Below, piece by piece: positions 9,191 through 19,622 of a DNA stretch of 64,000 nucleotides. The stretch comes from Balneola sp. (lineage in GTDB: Bacteria; Bacteroidota; Rhodothermia; Balneolales; Balneolaceae), in NCBI GenBank assembly GCA_038124025.1, contig JAYPBC010000006.1, forward strand, positions 22,516 through 86,515, read 5' to 3'. The position numbers were made by a program, and so were the translations under genes. The number at the start of each line of letters is the position of its first letter. Positions within the stretch are counted from its first letter, which is position 1. The notes below the pieces were generated by a model. The model saw only the letters and a list, made by a program, of their open reading frames with translations, had not been told where the DNA came from and ran no database searches.

Positions 9191-11596
9191 CTATTGCAAT
9201 TGCACAATCGTGCAACCGGCACCACCCATGTCTTCATTGGCTAGTTCAAAGCTCGGAACATCACTTCTGTCGTTCAAATATCCATGGACAACCTCTTTTA
9301 GAATACCATCTCCTTTACCATGAACTAATTCAATGCTACCTAAGCCTCGAAATAGAGCTTTGTCTATGTAGTCTTGTAGTTCATTGATGGCTTGATCGGC
9401 GCGTTTACCCCGAAGATCCAAACTCACGGGAAGTGGTGTGCGCAATGAATCGATATGGTGCTGGGTCTTTGGAGTTTTTGATGCGCCTCGCTTCTTTGGT
9501 TTAGTTGCTTGGACACGTACCAAATTTTTGTAAGTGGTTTTTAAGCGAAGTCCATTTGCCTGTACAATGGCCTGCTTTCCTTTCATCTCAATCAGTTCAC
9601 CATGGGTACTTCCGTCTAAAAATCGAACAAGGTCACCTATCCTTGGAGGTTTTTTAGAGGTCTGCATGGCCAATTCATCCGATTTTTGTTCCTGTATCTT
9701 GACCAGCTCAGATGATACTTCTTTCTTATGCGTTTCTAAATCATTACGGATAGCCTTAAGCTCTTTCTTTGAGCTTTTGTTCTCCTCCATAATCTGTTGA
9801 ACAGCCTTTTCTACCTTTTTATTTGCGCCATCCATAATTCGCTTAGCTTCGTTCAAAGCTTTCTCTCGAATAGCTGTTTTCTCTTTATAGAGTGACTCTA
9901 ATTTATGCTCATACGTGCGCTTTTGCTTTCGTGTTTTTTCCTGAAGTTCATTTAAGTGCTCTTCAAGCTTGGTCACTTCTTGGGTTTTGCTTTCCATTTC
10001 ACTTATTAGTGATTCTAAGGTATTTTTTTGAATACCCAAGACCCCTCGGGCTCTGGTAAGCATGGCTGAAGGTAGGTGCATTCTCTGAGCAATATCAAAG
10101 GCGTACGAACTCCCCGGAATTCCTTTCTTAAACTGATAGGTGGGGGCTAGATTTACTTGATCAAATTCCATTGATCCGTTGACTGCTTTTTCATGCTCAT
10201 GCGCGAATACTTTCAGTGACCCATGGTGAGTAGTAACCACCAAAAACGCTTCCTTATTGAGCATAGATTCAATAAATGATTGATATAGCGCACCCCCTTC
10301 TTCTGGGTCAGTACCAGCAGCGGCTTCATCAATTAATACTAAGGCTCCTTTTTTTGCCTTGAGACTGGTAAAGCGCATCCATTGTAGGCGGGACGAAAAT
10401 GTACTTAAATCATTCTCAATAGACTGATCATCGCCCATATCAACAAACCAACCGGTAACTATGGGAACCTCAGAGTTTGGATCTGCAGGGATACCCCACC
10501 CACATTGAACCATTACGGTGGAAATACCTATCGTTTTCATTGCAACTGATTTACCCCCGGCATTTGGTCCCGTTATCATAAGGCAACGTTCACTCGGTTC
10601 CATTCTAAGTCGCAGAGGAACAACAGGCTCGACTTCCTTTTGGGTGGAGCTCTTAATCTTTAACAGGGGATTGTATGCCTGCTTTAGATCTAACGTGCCA
10701 TTGGGAGAGAGTAGGGGGATAGCACCTGATAATTCGAGCGTAAACTGAGCCTTGGCGTATATCTGATCTAACTGAGCCAGATAAGAAATATTATCAGAAA
10801 ACCAATCTACATATATTCGTACATGATCGGTTAATGCCTTCAAAATACGTTCTATTTCTTTTTGCTCGGCAATCTCTAACTCTCTAATGTCATTATTTAG
10901 ATGGAGGGCCTCCGCAGGTTCCAAGTACACCGTTTGCCCGGTCGCTGATACATCATGAACAAAACCTGCAATTTTCCGTTTATATTCCACTTGTATGGGG
11001 ATGACCATTCGACCGTTCCTTATAGTAGCGCCTTCGTCTCCACTCATTCCATCTTTTTGAGCCCGTTTAAGTGCTTTTTGAATCGCAGTTCGGAGTTGAT
11101 TACGCTTAGTGCTTAGACTTTTTCTGAGCTGTTGAAGTTCTGGACTCGCATCATTTCTCAGATCCCCACGTTCAGAGATCTTGGATTGAATATGATCCTC
11201 TAAATCCTTCATGGGAATTAACATTTGAGCAATTTCAGTCAGCTCAGGGCACATTTCCTCACGTTGCTTAAAAAAACTTTTCATACGCCTACTCAGCCCA
11301 GCAATGCTCAGCAAGTCCTGAAAACTGGCCAAATTTAGCACCGTTCCTTCTATTCTAACCCGTTTTAAATGACTGCGTATTTCGGGTTGATGTTCACTCG
11401 GGTAGGCGTCCCCACTTTGTAGCACCAGCATCAGTTCTTGGGTGCGTGACATATCTTTTTGAATGCGAGCCTCAGTGGTACTGGGTAGAAGATTAGATAT
11501 GCCTTCCTTTCCAAGTTCACTCCTACAATAGCGAAGAGTTTGGGTTTTTATGGCTTGCAAGCCAAGTTTATTAAGAGTGTGAGATAAGCTTATCAT
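9191..11596 (-). CDS. mutS2: endonuclease MutS2 (MutS domain V ATPase plus C-terminal Smr)
   Basis: Walker A GPNAGGKS, a long coiled-coil linker, and a C-terminal Smr domain (LDLRGKRADQA...HGKGDGILK). Confidence 0.92.
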   Translation of the reverse strand: MISLSHTLNKLGLQAIKTQTLRYCRSELGKEGISNLLPSTTEARIQKDMSRTQELMLVLQSGDAYPSEHQPEIRSHLKRVRIEGTVLNLASFQDLLSIAGLSRRMKSFFKQREEMCPELTEIAQMLIPMKDLEDHIQSKISERGDLRNDASPELQQLRKSLSTKRNQLRTAIQKALKRAQKDGMSGDEGATIRNGRMVIPIQVEYKRKIAGFVHDVSATGQTVYLEPAEALHLNNDIRELEIAEQKEIERILKALTDHVRIYVDWFSDNISYLAQLDQIYAKAQFTLELSGAIPLLSPNGTLDLKQAYNPLLKIKSSTQKEVEPVVPLRLRMEPSERCLMITGPNAGGKSVAMKTIGISTVMVQCGWGIPADPNSEVPIVTGWFVDMGDDQSIENDLSTFSSRLQWMRFTSLKAKKGALVLIDEAAAGTDPEEGGALYQSFIESMLNKEAFLVVTTHHGSLKVFAHEHEKAVNGSMEFDQVNLAPTYQFKKGIPGSSYAFDIAQRMHLPSAMLTRARGVLGIQKNTLESLISEMESKTQEVTKLEEHLNELQEKTRKQKRTYEHKLESLYKEKTAIREKALNEAKRIMDGANKKVEKAVQQIMEENKSSKKELKAIRNDLETHKKEVSSELVKIQEQKSDELAMQTSKKPPRIGDLVRFLDGSTHGELIEMKGKQAIVQANGLRLKTTYKNLVRVQATKPKKRGASKTPKTQHHIDSLRTPLPVSLDLRGKRADQAINELQDYIDKALFRGLGSIELVHGKGDGILKEVVHGYLNDRSDVPSFELANEDMGGAGCTIVQLQ

Positions 11597-11720
11597 CGTT
11601 TAAGTAGGTAGTCGTCACAAAACATAGTATTCTTAAAATATAGCAACCATAAATATACGGTTTTCATTTGCTAAGCGGTGAGCATAGCTTTACTTTCTTT
11701 ATCTGATTAGAAAACAACCT

Positions 11721-12554
11721 ATGATTCTCTCATTTTTTCAAATAGATGCATTTAGCTCGGTAGCGTTTTCGGGGAATCCCGCTGCGGTGTATCCCTTGCC
11801 ATATTGGTTGCCGGATACACAACTACAGGCTATAGCTATGGAACATCAACTCGCTGAAACCGCCTTCTTTGTCCCATCAGGCACTGCCTATGAGTTGCGC
11901 TGGTTCAGTCCAGAAACAGAGGTAGATTTATGCGGGCATGCGACTCTGGCTGCCGCCTATGTACTTTTCAAAGAGATAGGAGTTCAGCATGAAGTACTAC
12001 AATTTTTTACCCGTTCAGGAACACTTACCGTAAAGCAAACCGAGGATGGGTACATGATGGATTTTCCACTACTTCGTGTGGAAAAATTTACGGGAGATCA
12101 ACAGGCATTAATTGCTGCCTTGGGTTTGGAGCGCACACCCGTATCTATCTGGCAAGCGGACGATATACTGGTTGAACTTTCTAGTCAATCCGAGTTAATT
12201 GATCTTGTACCAGATATGCAGGCCTTAGCTGAAATACCCACTAGAGGAGTGATTGTAACGGCATTACCAACATCAGATGAAATCGACTTTGTCTCCCGTT
12301 TTTTTGGACCAAGAGTAGGGGTAAATGAGGATGCCGTGACGGGTTCAGCTCACACCAAATTAGCCCCATTCTGGGCTGAAAAGCTGGGTAAACCTAAGCT
12401 CAAGGCTAAACAATTATCTAAGAGAGGGGGAGTTTTAGCCCTAGAAATCAGCGGTGATAGGGTGCTTATAACTGGAAATGCGATACGATTTTCTAGAGGA
12501 GAAAGTACCATTCCAGAGGCCAAAGACCCAGTTTCTAGCAGCTCACAAATATGA
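11721..12554 (+). CDS. PhzF family isomerase
   Basis: FQIDAF...GNPAAV, ETAF and CGHATLAAA motifs typical of PhzF/YddE. Confidence 0.85.
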   Translation: MILSFFQIDAFSSVAFSGNPAAVYPLPYWLPDTQLQAIAMEHQLAETAFFVPSGTAYELRWFSPETEVDLCGHATLAAAYVLFKEIGVQHEVLQFFTRSGTLTVKQTEDGYMMDFPLLRVEKFTGDQQALIAALGLERTPVSIWQADDILVELSSQSELIDLVPDMQALAEIPTRGVIVTALPTSDEIDFVSRFFGPRVGVNEDAVTGSAHTKLAPFWAEKLGKPKLKAKQLSKRGGVLALEISGDRVLITGNAIRFSRGESTIPEAKDPVSSSSQI

Positions 12555-13378
12555 CTTTTATTCTCTTACTACTAGGACTTTTGGCAGGACTCATTGCAGG
12601 ATTATTTGGAGTAGGAGGGGGTATCATATTTACACCGGTGCTATTTTTCTTATTCGAGCAAGCCGGTATACCCAATTCAGTCCCATGGGCAGTGGCATCA
12701 GGGCTCATGTGTACTTGGATTACCTCGCTAGCTAGTGTGGTGAGGCAGTATAAACAACACCATTTATTTGTAAAAGAGGGTTTACTGCTGGGATTCTTTG
12801 GTGCCTTAGGTATTAGCTTAGGAAAGTGGGTACTTCTTTCCCCCTACTACAGTAGGACGGAATTTATCGTGGTATTTAGTAGTCTGTTATTCTACAGCGC
12901 TGTATTAATGTTCATAAGAGGCCGTAAAACTGATACCCATACCGATGCGAGCGCCGAAGCAAGCTCACCAACCTTTAGCCCTAAACAAGCCTCCGTTACG
13001 GGTTTAATTGGAGGTGGAATAGCTTCGTTGGCCGGTGTAGGAGGTGGAGGTACTATGGTTCCAATAATGAATCTATTCTATAAGCAGCACTTTCGTAAAG
13101 CGGTAAGTATTTCACATTTAGGTATGTTCAGCATGATTACTGTAGGCGTTCTTCAGTTGATGGCAGAGCATCCAGCATTAACGGGGGCAGGACAAAGTTT
13201 AACACAGTGGACCCTAGGATACGTCGATTTAGGTGCGGTGAATTCAATGGGGTGGACCGCACTGTTGGGCGCTTATGGCGGGGCATGGCTGAATCACAAA
13301 ATACCACGTCATTATCTGCAGTTGGGTTTTGGACTATTAGCCCTGGCTATGGGTACCCGGCTTCTGTTGACATTATAG
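12551..13378 (+). CDS. TauE/SafE family sulfite/anion exporter-like membrane protein
   Basis: Two-repeat membrane protein with GxGGG motifs (FGVGGGIIFTP, AGVGGGGTMVP). Its start overlaps the PhzF stop (ATGA). Confidence 0.8.
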   Translation: MTFILLLLGLLAGLIAGLFGVGGGIIFTPVLFFLFEQAGIPNSVPWAVASGLMCTWITSLASVVRQYKQHHLFVKEGLLLGFFGALGISLGKWVLLSPYYSRTEFIVVFSSLLFYSAVLMFIRGRKTDTHTDASAEASSPTFSPKQASVTGLIGGGIASLAGVGGGGTMVPIMNLFYKQHFRKAVSISHLGMFSMITVGVLQLMAEHPALTGAGQSLTQWTLGYVDLGAVNSMGWTALLGAYGGAWLNHKIPRHYLQLGFGLLALAMGTRLLLTL

Positions 13379-13461
13379 TACTTGTTGGACATATGACACC
13401 TAATAATGGTATATAATCGATACGCCCGCCCAATCAGTCAGCTATCTACATCAACCATCGT

Positions 13462-13500
13462 AAAAAAAAAGAAGCCCCTGTTCAAGAGGCTTCTTTTATT
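13462..13500. terminator. bidirectional intrinsic terminator between the TauE-like gene (+) and ftsZ (-)
   Basis: GC-rich hairpin, gaagcccct/agaggcttc (9 bp with 1 mismatch, 5-nt loop). A9 lies on the left and TTCTTTTATT on the right, so either strand reads stem plus U-tract. Confidence 0.8.
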
Positions 13501-13633
13501 GTTAGCAATCTATAGCCTGCCGTCTGATGGCATGTACGTCCTTGCAACGTACATGGCTATAATCCAGTAAACAATGCCGGATACAGACACCTCTTCCAAG
13601 GGTACTGTGGGGATACCGGCAAAAATTTGACGT

Positions 13634-14995
13634 TTAGTCCATTATCCTTCTTAAGAAGGCGGGTTGTTCCGAATCATCTCTTCGAGTACTTTCTGCTCTT
13701 TGCTGAAAGTTTGCCACTCGTGCCGCTTGATTTGGAGCCGTTGGTTCGGCGGCATGACTCTGAGTATCCTCTTTGCGTGCATTTATATCTCGACGTAGAT
13801 ACGATGGGGTATCCAACCGTTTGAGGTTGCCTTCCCCTTTGTAATAGTCTTTATTAGGCCGCGAAAATTTGGAGGCCTCTTCAGCATCCACTCCTGTTTT
13901 AACTGCGGTAGTTTGCTCGGGTGCGGGTACAGCTTGTTCATTATTAGCTTGATTAGCCTGTTGAAAAGCCTGTGCTACTCGATTAGGAGCTTTATTTGGA
14001 GCAACTCGAACACTATTTCGATCTTCAGCCAACTCAAAACCTGTCGCAATGACGGTGACCCGCATTTGTTCACCAAAAGACTCATCCAGTACGGTACCTA
14101 GAATGATTTCTGCATCATCACCAGCTTCCTGTTGGATAATACTGGTTGCCGTAGTGGTCTCACGCATACCTAGTTTAGATCCAGCGGATATATTCACGAG
14201 TACATTACGTGCTCCTCGTATGCTAACCCCGTCTAAAAGAGGGGAATTAATGGCATCTCTAGCTGCTATTTCCGCTCGATCAGAGCCTTCAGCGGTGGCA
14301 GAACCCATAATTGCGGCTCCTCCATCGGTCATGGTAGTTCGAACATCCGCGAAATCCAGGTTGATAAGACCTGGCATTAGAATCAAGTCGCTTATGCCTC
14401 GGGTAGCGTTATATAAAACCTCGTTGGCCATGGCAAAAGCTTCGATCAGAGAGGTTGATTCATCGCCGATGTCTAAAAGGCGCTCATTTGGAATAACAAT
14501 TACGGTATCGCATTGTTTTTTTAATTCGGATATCCCTTCCAAAGCATATTTCTTTCTTATACGCCCTTCGCATTCAAAAGGGGTAGTTACAATACCTACG
14601 GTTAGAATTCCTTTACGCTTCGCCATTCCAGCAACTACTGGAGCGCCACCGGTTCCGGTTCCACCACCCATACCGGCAGTCACGAAGATCATGTCGGCAC
14701 TTTCTATGGTTTCCTCAATATCGTGTCGATTTTCTTCTACGGCTTCTCGGCCAACTTCTGGTCGTGCTCCTGCTCCCAATCCGCTGGTAAGGGCCGTGCC
14801 CACCTGTACTTTAATATCAGCTAAGCTGTTTTTAAGTGCCTGTGCATCGGTATTTAGAGCAATGTATTCCACACTGTCTAAACCCATATTTATCATATTA
14901 TTGATGGCATTTCCGCCACCACCGCCAACACCAATAACCTTGATCTTGGCATTTTCCTGACTTTTTTCGTCAAAGTAGAATCTAGAATTTGACAT
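13634..14995 (-). CDS. ftsZ: cell division GTPase FtsZ
   Basis: GVGGGGGNA and GGGTGTG tubulin signature motifs, a long disordered linker, and a conserved C-terminal peptide. Confidence 0.98.
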   Translation of the reverse strand: MSNSRFYFDEKSQENAKIKVIGVGGGGGNAINNMINMGLDSVEYIALNTDAQALKNSLADIKVQVGTALTSGLGAGARPEVGREAVEENRHDIEETIESADMIFVTAGMGGGTGTGGAPVVAGMAKRKGILTVGIVTTPFECEGRIRKKYALEGISELKKQCDTVIVIPNERLLDIGDESTSLIEAFAMANEVLYNATRGISDLILMPGLINLDFADVRTTMTDGGAAIMGSATAEGSDRAEIAARDAINSPLLDGVSIRGARNVLVNISAGSKLGMRETTTATSIIQQEAGDDAEIILGTVLDESFGEQMRVTVIATGFELAEDRNSVRVAPNKAPNRVAQAFQQANQANNEQAVPAPEQTTAVKTGVDAEEASKFSRPNKDYYKGEGNLKRLDTPSYLRRDINARKEDTQSHAAEPTAPNQAARVANFQQRAESTRRDDSEQPAFLRRIMD

Positions 14996-15060
14996 GTCTA
15001 CTCCTTATGATTGTTTTGTTTACTGGATATTCTGTAGATGACTGCATGTTGTTCATGCGA

Positions 15061-16320
15061 TTAAAGTTCTTTGAACCAGCCTTTCATACGATCGGCTATT
15101 TTGTTCATTACCTGCTCCACACTGGTTGCTTTAGAAGAAGCAGGGATCATAGTTTTTTGGTTATTCATACCTGTTTTTAAGGCATGAATGACCAAACCAA
15201 CGGCGGTAGCATAAATTGGAGAGTTTACCTCTTCTACTAAGCCACCGGTAATTCCTAAAGGTAGACCAATCTTAGCGTCCATCCCCAAGCTTTCATTCGC
15301 TAGAGGACAAATATTTTTAACCAATGATCCACCACCTGTTAGGACGACTCCAGCACTTAGTGCATCGGAGTATCCACTTCGTTTAATCTCTATGCCTACG
15401 ATTTCAAGAATTTCTTCCATTCTGGCTTGGATAATCTTTCCAAGTATACTCTTGGTTATTTCTTTGGGAGGTCGGCCGGCTATGCCAGGAACGGTAATTA
15501 CTTCGTCTTCCTGGATCAAGTCGGCATAGCTTTCCCCATGCTTTCGCTTTAAATTTTCTGCTTGGTCATCTAATACACTTAATCCTATTCGGATGTCATC
15601 GGTGACTTTCTGCCCAGCGACGGCAATCACGGCTGTGTGCCGGATAGTACTTTCTTGGAAGATAGCCACATCGGTAGTGCCCCCACCAATATCGACTAAT
15701 ACGACTCCGGCTTCTTTTTCTTCGGTATCTAAGGCTGAATAAGAAGACGCTAATGGTTCAAGGATTATATCCGCTACTTGATAGCCTGCCCGTTCTACAC
15801 AACGGTATATATTCTTAGCCGCAGAGACCAAGCCAGTAATAATATGCACTTCGGCCTCCATACGCATACCACTCATTCCCACAGGGTCACTAATTCCATC
15901 CTGACCATCCACAACAAATTCCTGAGGGATGACGTGCAGAATTTGTTGATCGGTTGGGAGCATGATGCGTTGACAATCTTCTAAAAGTCGTTCAACATCC
16001 TTAGAAGTGATTTCATTATCTCGGTTATTGATGGTAATAACCCCTTTGCTTCGCATACTCCTAATATGATCCCCGGCTATGCCCACATTCACCGAATTGA
16101 CCTCTATCCCAGAGGCTAATTCGGCCTGGGCTATGGCCTCCTTTATCGCATTGACCGTTTTATCAATATTCACAACGACTCCACGATTGAGTCCGTCGCT
16201 AGGAGCTTTACCGACCCCCAAAATATTGATACGTTCCTGCTCGTCTATAGAAGCTACAATGGCACAAATTTTTGTAGTTCCAATGTCGAGCCCTACCATT
16301 ATGCGTTCTGTTTCTGTCAT
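15061..16320 (-). CDS. ftsA: cell division protein FtsA
   Basis: Actin-fold motifs (GLDIGTTKI, VDIGGGTTD). Sits between ftsQ and ftsZ. Confidence 0.97.
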   Translation of the reverse strand: MTETERIMVGLDIGTTKICAIVASIDEQERINILGVGKAPSDGLNRGVVVNIDKTVNAIKEAIAQAELASGIEVNSVNVGIAGDHIRSMRSKGVITINNRDNEITSKDVERLLEDCQRIMLPTDQQILHVIPQEFVVDGQDGISDPVGMSGMRMEAEVHIITGLVSAAKNIYRCVERAGYQVADIILEPLASSYSALDTEEKEAGVVLVDIGGGTTDVAIFQESTIRHTAVIAVAGQKVTDDIRIGLSVLDDQAENLKRKHGESYADLIQEDEVITVPGIAGRPPKEITKSILGKIIQARMEEILEIVGIEIKRSGYSDALSAGVVLTGGGSLVKNICPLANESLGMDAKIGLPLGITGGLVEEVNSPIYATAVGLVIHALKTGMNNQKTMIPASSKATSVEQVMNKIADRMKGWFKEL

Positions 16321-17060
16321 GATTCCCTCGTTATGATTTGATCGTTAAAGCGTAGGTCAATTTGCGCGATACGGGCAATACCCTTTTCTCGGATAACCTG
16401 TGTGTAGAACAGTTCCCAATTCGCGAGTTTATTCGTAAATGATTCGGTACCAAAAAGAAGTTTAACGCCATTTTCATGACTCAGTGCCACTACACCTTCA
16501 ACAGGGTCGTAGGCTACTTCGCTTAAGGTAGTCCAAGAAAACTCATGTTCTTTTGCTTCCTTCAAAAAACGGGCTACCTGCTCAAAAGCTTCTGTATGTA
16601 AAGTGTCGGATGGTCGAGCTGTAGAAAAACCGTAAACCAGCGGAACATCGATCGTTTTACCGGTAATAATTGGTAATTGTATACCTTCACCATCGGCATA
16701 TCGCTCTGTTTCCCCACCTACCAATAAGGCTATAGGTATTCGTTCCTCAACAGAAAGATGAAGGGTACCACCGGGTTCTACATAGGGTTGTACAGATTTC
16801 ACATAGGCCAGTTGCTTCACCCTGTTTTTGAGTTCTTCCAAATTCAAACTATCAGGGGCAATTCCCATGGACACTTGAGCCGCTTCTATGATTTCCGTTT
16901 CCTGATGAAACCAAATTCCGGATACGCGTAGGGAGTCTACCTTGAGTGTTTGTTGCCAATAAAAACCACCAACAATTCCTAGTCCAACCAGTAAAAATAC
17001 TCCTGTGAGTAATGCAGGTCTAGAAATGCCCGATATGGTATGTTTTTTCTTTACACTCAT
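16317..17060 (-). CDS. ftsQ: cell division protein FtsQ (POTRA domain)
   Basis: Single N-terminal TM segment followed by a POTRA-like region. Located between murC and ftsA, with 4-nt overlaps on both sides. Confidence 0.8.
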   Translation of the reverse strand: MSVKKKHTISGISRPALLTGVFLLVGLGIVGGFYWQQTLKVDSLRVSGIWFHQETEIIEAAQVSMGIAPDSLNLEELKNRVKQLAYVKSVQPYVEPGGTLHLSVEERIPIALLVGGETERYADGEGIQLPIITGKTIDVPLVYGFSTARPSDTLHTEAFEQVARFLKEAKEHEFSWTTLSEVAYDPVEGVVALSHENGVKLLFGTESFTNKLANWELFYTQVIREKGIARIAQIDLRFNDQIITRES

Positions 17061-18508
17061 TCTTCAAAAGGTTTAGCTATTTCCAGCCATTCCGCAAACT
17101 TTTCGCCCATACGATAAATATCGCCTGCTCCCATGGTTATGACGATATCTCCCGATTGCACGATGCTTTTAAGCGCATCAGCCACATTCTGTTTATCATG
17201 CACATAATGCACATTTTTATGTCCATACTGCTCAGCTGTGTTTGCAATTAATTCGCCTGTGATACCTTCAATAGGTTTTTCTCGTGAGGGATAAACATCG
17301 GTTACCACCAACACTTCGGCGTCGAAAAACGAAAGTCCAAACTCTTTATATAACTCCTGAGTTCTGGAATATAAATGAGGTTGAAAAACGGCAATCACAC
17401 GTCGATCTGGCCAGCCGCGATGGGCTGCTTGTAGGGTGGCTTGAACTTCCGTGGGATGATGAGCGTAGTCATCGATGAGCATAAGCCCATTTGAATATTT
17501 TTTTTGAAAACGGCGATAAACCCCTTCAAAACGTTCTAAGCCACGCTTGATCGTTTTAAACTCCATTCCCATTTCCAACCCGCAGGCTATAGAGGCCAAG
17601 GCATTCTTAACATTGTGCTCACCGGGAGCTTGTAAACTCACCACACCTAACTTTTGGCCTTTGTAAATCACCGTGAAGGTAGTGGTAAATTGCGTAGCCT
17701 GAATATCAGTAGCCCGTAGCAGTGCCTGAGGTGTGAGTCCGTAACTAATAATTCTGCGCTTTAGATCAGGTAAAATACTGCGCACATTCTCATCATCTAG
17801 GCAAACAATGACCGATCCATAGAATGGAACTTTATTTGCATAGTCAATGAATGCTTGTTTTACGTCGGCTAAATCATCATAAATGTCTAGATGTTCCGCC
17901 TCAATATTTGTTATGACCGCAACCGAGGGGGTAAGACGTAAAAAGGTGCGATCGAATTCATCGGCTTCAACGATGATAATATCGCCTTTACCTACCACGG
18001 CATTGGTTTTGTCAAAACTGTGAACTTTACCACCCACCATGATGGTAGGATCAAAATTACCCTCTTGTATAACCAAACCCGTCATGGTAGTTGTGGTGGT
18101 TTTACCATGCGTACCAGCAATTCCAATTCCGTACTTCATACGCATAAGTTCGGCTAACATTTCCGCACGCTTGATGGTGGGAATTCGCTGTTCAATGGCC
18201 GCTATTGTTTCTTCGTTCTCATGGGCCTGAACGGCTGATGTATACACTACTACATCGGCATCCTTTATTTGATCGGCGTGGTGCCCTTCATAAATTGTAG
18301 CTCCTAGCTCAGCTAAGCGCTGGGTTGTTTCACCCAGTTGCCCATCCGAACCCGAAACCGTATAGCCACGATGAAGTAGGATTTCAGCCATACCACTCAT
18401 CCCTATTCCTCCAATACCCACCATGTGGATATGACGAGTTCGTCCAAAACTAGGTTGTTTTTCGAGGCGAAGGGTTCCAGAAGTGAGATGGTCAGTAGAC
18501 TTAGTCAT
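17057..18508 (-). CDS. murC: UDP-N-acetylmuramate--L-alanine ligase
   Basis: MVGIGGIGMSG and GTHGKTTTT Mur ligase motifs. I prefer the ATG at 18508 (MTKST...), which overlaps the murG stop by 8 nt. The ORF-track start at 18559 lies deep inside murG. The ATG at 18526 is an alternative. Confidence 0.93.
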   Translation of the reverse strand: MTKSTDHLTSGTLRLEKQPSFGRTRHIHMVGIGGIGMSGMAEILLHRGYTVSGSDGQLGETTQRLAELGATIYEGHHADQIKDADVVVYTSAVQAHENEETIAAIEQRIPTIKRAEMLAELMRMKYGIGIAGTHGKTTTTTMTGLVIQEGNFDPTIMVGGKVHSFDKTNAVVGKGDIIIVEADEFDRTFLRLTPSVAVITNIEAEHLDIYDDLADVKQAFIDYANKVPFYGSVIVCLDDENVRSILPDLKRRIISYGLTPQALLRATDIQATQFTTTFTVIYKGQKLGVVSLQAPGEHNVKNALASIACGLEMGMEFKTIKRGLERFEGVYRRFQKKYSNGLMLIDDYAHHPTEVQATLQAAHRGWPDRRVIAVFQPHLYSRTQELYKEFGLSFFDAEVLVVTDVYPSREKPIEGITGELIANTAEQYGHKNVHYVHDKQNVADALKSIVQSGDIVITMGAGDIYRMGEKFAEWLEIAKPFEE

Positions 18509-19622
18509 GGCTTCCTTCGATTTCATGTAAAATTTCTTCGGCAATATGTTTGGCGGCAAAGGGTTTAGCCATAGCCAATGCAGCGTCGTTCATTCGTCGC
18601 AATTGTTCTTGGTCTGCAAGTAGACGTGTAACAAGTTCTGTCAGTGTATCTTTAGCCTCTTCATCGGAGAGCATCTCGGCGGCTCCTTGCTCCTGCATCG
18701 AGCGCGCATTCATGGTTTGATGATCCCCAGCAACATATGGTGAGGGTATAAGTATACTCGGTTTGCCTGTAACCATGAGCTCTGAGCAAGAACTCGCTCC
18801 TGCCCGACTCACCACCAAATCAGCTGCTGCATAGGCGGCGGGCATATCATTCAAATAGGCATGTAGGCGAAGTCGTGGATACTCTTCTATATCAATGTTC
18901 TGACTAAGAGCATCGATGTAACGCTTGCCACATTGCCAAATTATATACAATCCGGCATGGTCATGCAAGGTTTCTAGGCTATGCAACATGGCCTCATTAA
19001 TACTTTTTGCCCCTAAACTACCACCTAAGACCAGCAATACAGATCGGTCTTCAGAAAAGCTGAATAACGAACGTGCTTTTGAGGGCTTTGTCTGGACTAG
19101 GTTTTTCCGGGTTGGATTACCGACCATTCGCACTTTTTTTGGGGGAAAGAAGTCCTCGGCATCCGGAAAGGCAGTAAAAATTCGTTGGGCAGAAGAAGCT
19201 AGCATACGATTAGTGACCCCTGGGTATGAATTTTGCTCCTGAATCATCACCGGAATTCCAAATCGGCTGGCCATCCATCCCACAGGTCCTGCCACATATC
19301 CTCCGCAAGAGATCATGACAGCAGGTTTTAATCGTTTCAACAGCCAAAAAGATTGAATCAACGACACCATCAATTTTAACGGAAACAGTAGGTTGGATAG
19401 GGTAAATCGCCGTTGCAATCCACTTACCCAGATAGGATGAATTTGATAACCCGCTTTAGGGACCGCGGTCCATTCCATGTGGGTTTTAGTTCCCACGAAA
19501 GCAATTTCTACCTGCTCCATTTTAGCCTTCAGGGCATCGGCTATTGAAATAGCTGGGTATACATGACCTCCTGTTCCCCCGGCTGCAATCATCACTCGAT
19601 ATTTGGTGTCATTTCTAGGCAT
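18501..19622 (-). CDS. murG: undecaprenyldiphospho-muramoylpentapeptide beta-N-acetylglucosaminyltransferase
   Basis: AAGGTGGHVYPA motif near the N-terminus. I prefer the ATG at 19622 (MPRNDTKYRVMIAAGGTGGH), which overlaps the ftsW stop by 8 nt. Confidence 0.93.
   Translation of the reverse strand: MPRNDTKYRVMIAAGGTGGHVYPAISIADALKAKMEQVEIAFVGTKTHMEWTAVPKAGYQIHPIWVSGLQRRFTLSNLLFPLKLMVSLIQSFWLLKRLKPAVMISCGGYVAGPVGWMASRFGIPVMIQEQNSYPGVTNRMLASSAQRIFTAFPDAEDFFPPKKVRMVGNPTRKNLVQTKPSKARSLFSFSEDRSVLLVLGGSLGAKSINEAMLHSLETLHDHAGLYIIWQCGKRYIDALSQNIDIEEYPRLRLHAYLNDMPAAYAAADLVVSRAGASSCSELMVTGKPSILIPSPYVAGDHQTMNARSMQEQGAAEMLSDEEAKDTLTELVTRLLADQEQLRRMNDAALAMAKPFAAKHIAEEILHEIEGSHD

Noticed and set aside
14049-14960. 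A 303-aa ORF on the plus strand
   Set aside because: It lies entirely antisense to the unambiguous ftsZ gene. Its Ser/Pro/Ala/Ile-rich, low-complexity translation is typical of a shadow ORF. The same reasoning applies to 36744..37238 (antisense to glmS), 40023..40436 (antisense to the IDH-like gene), 18925..19242 (antisense to murG) and the other short antisense ORFs in the track.
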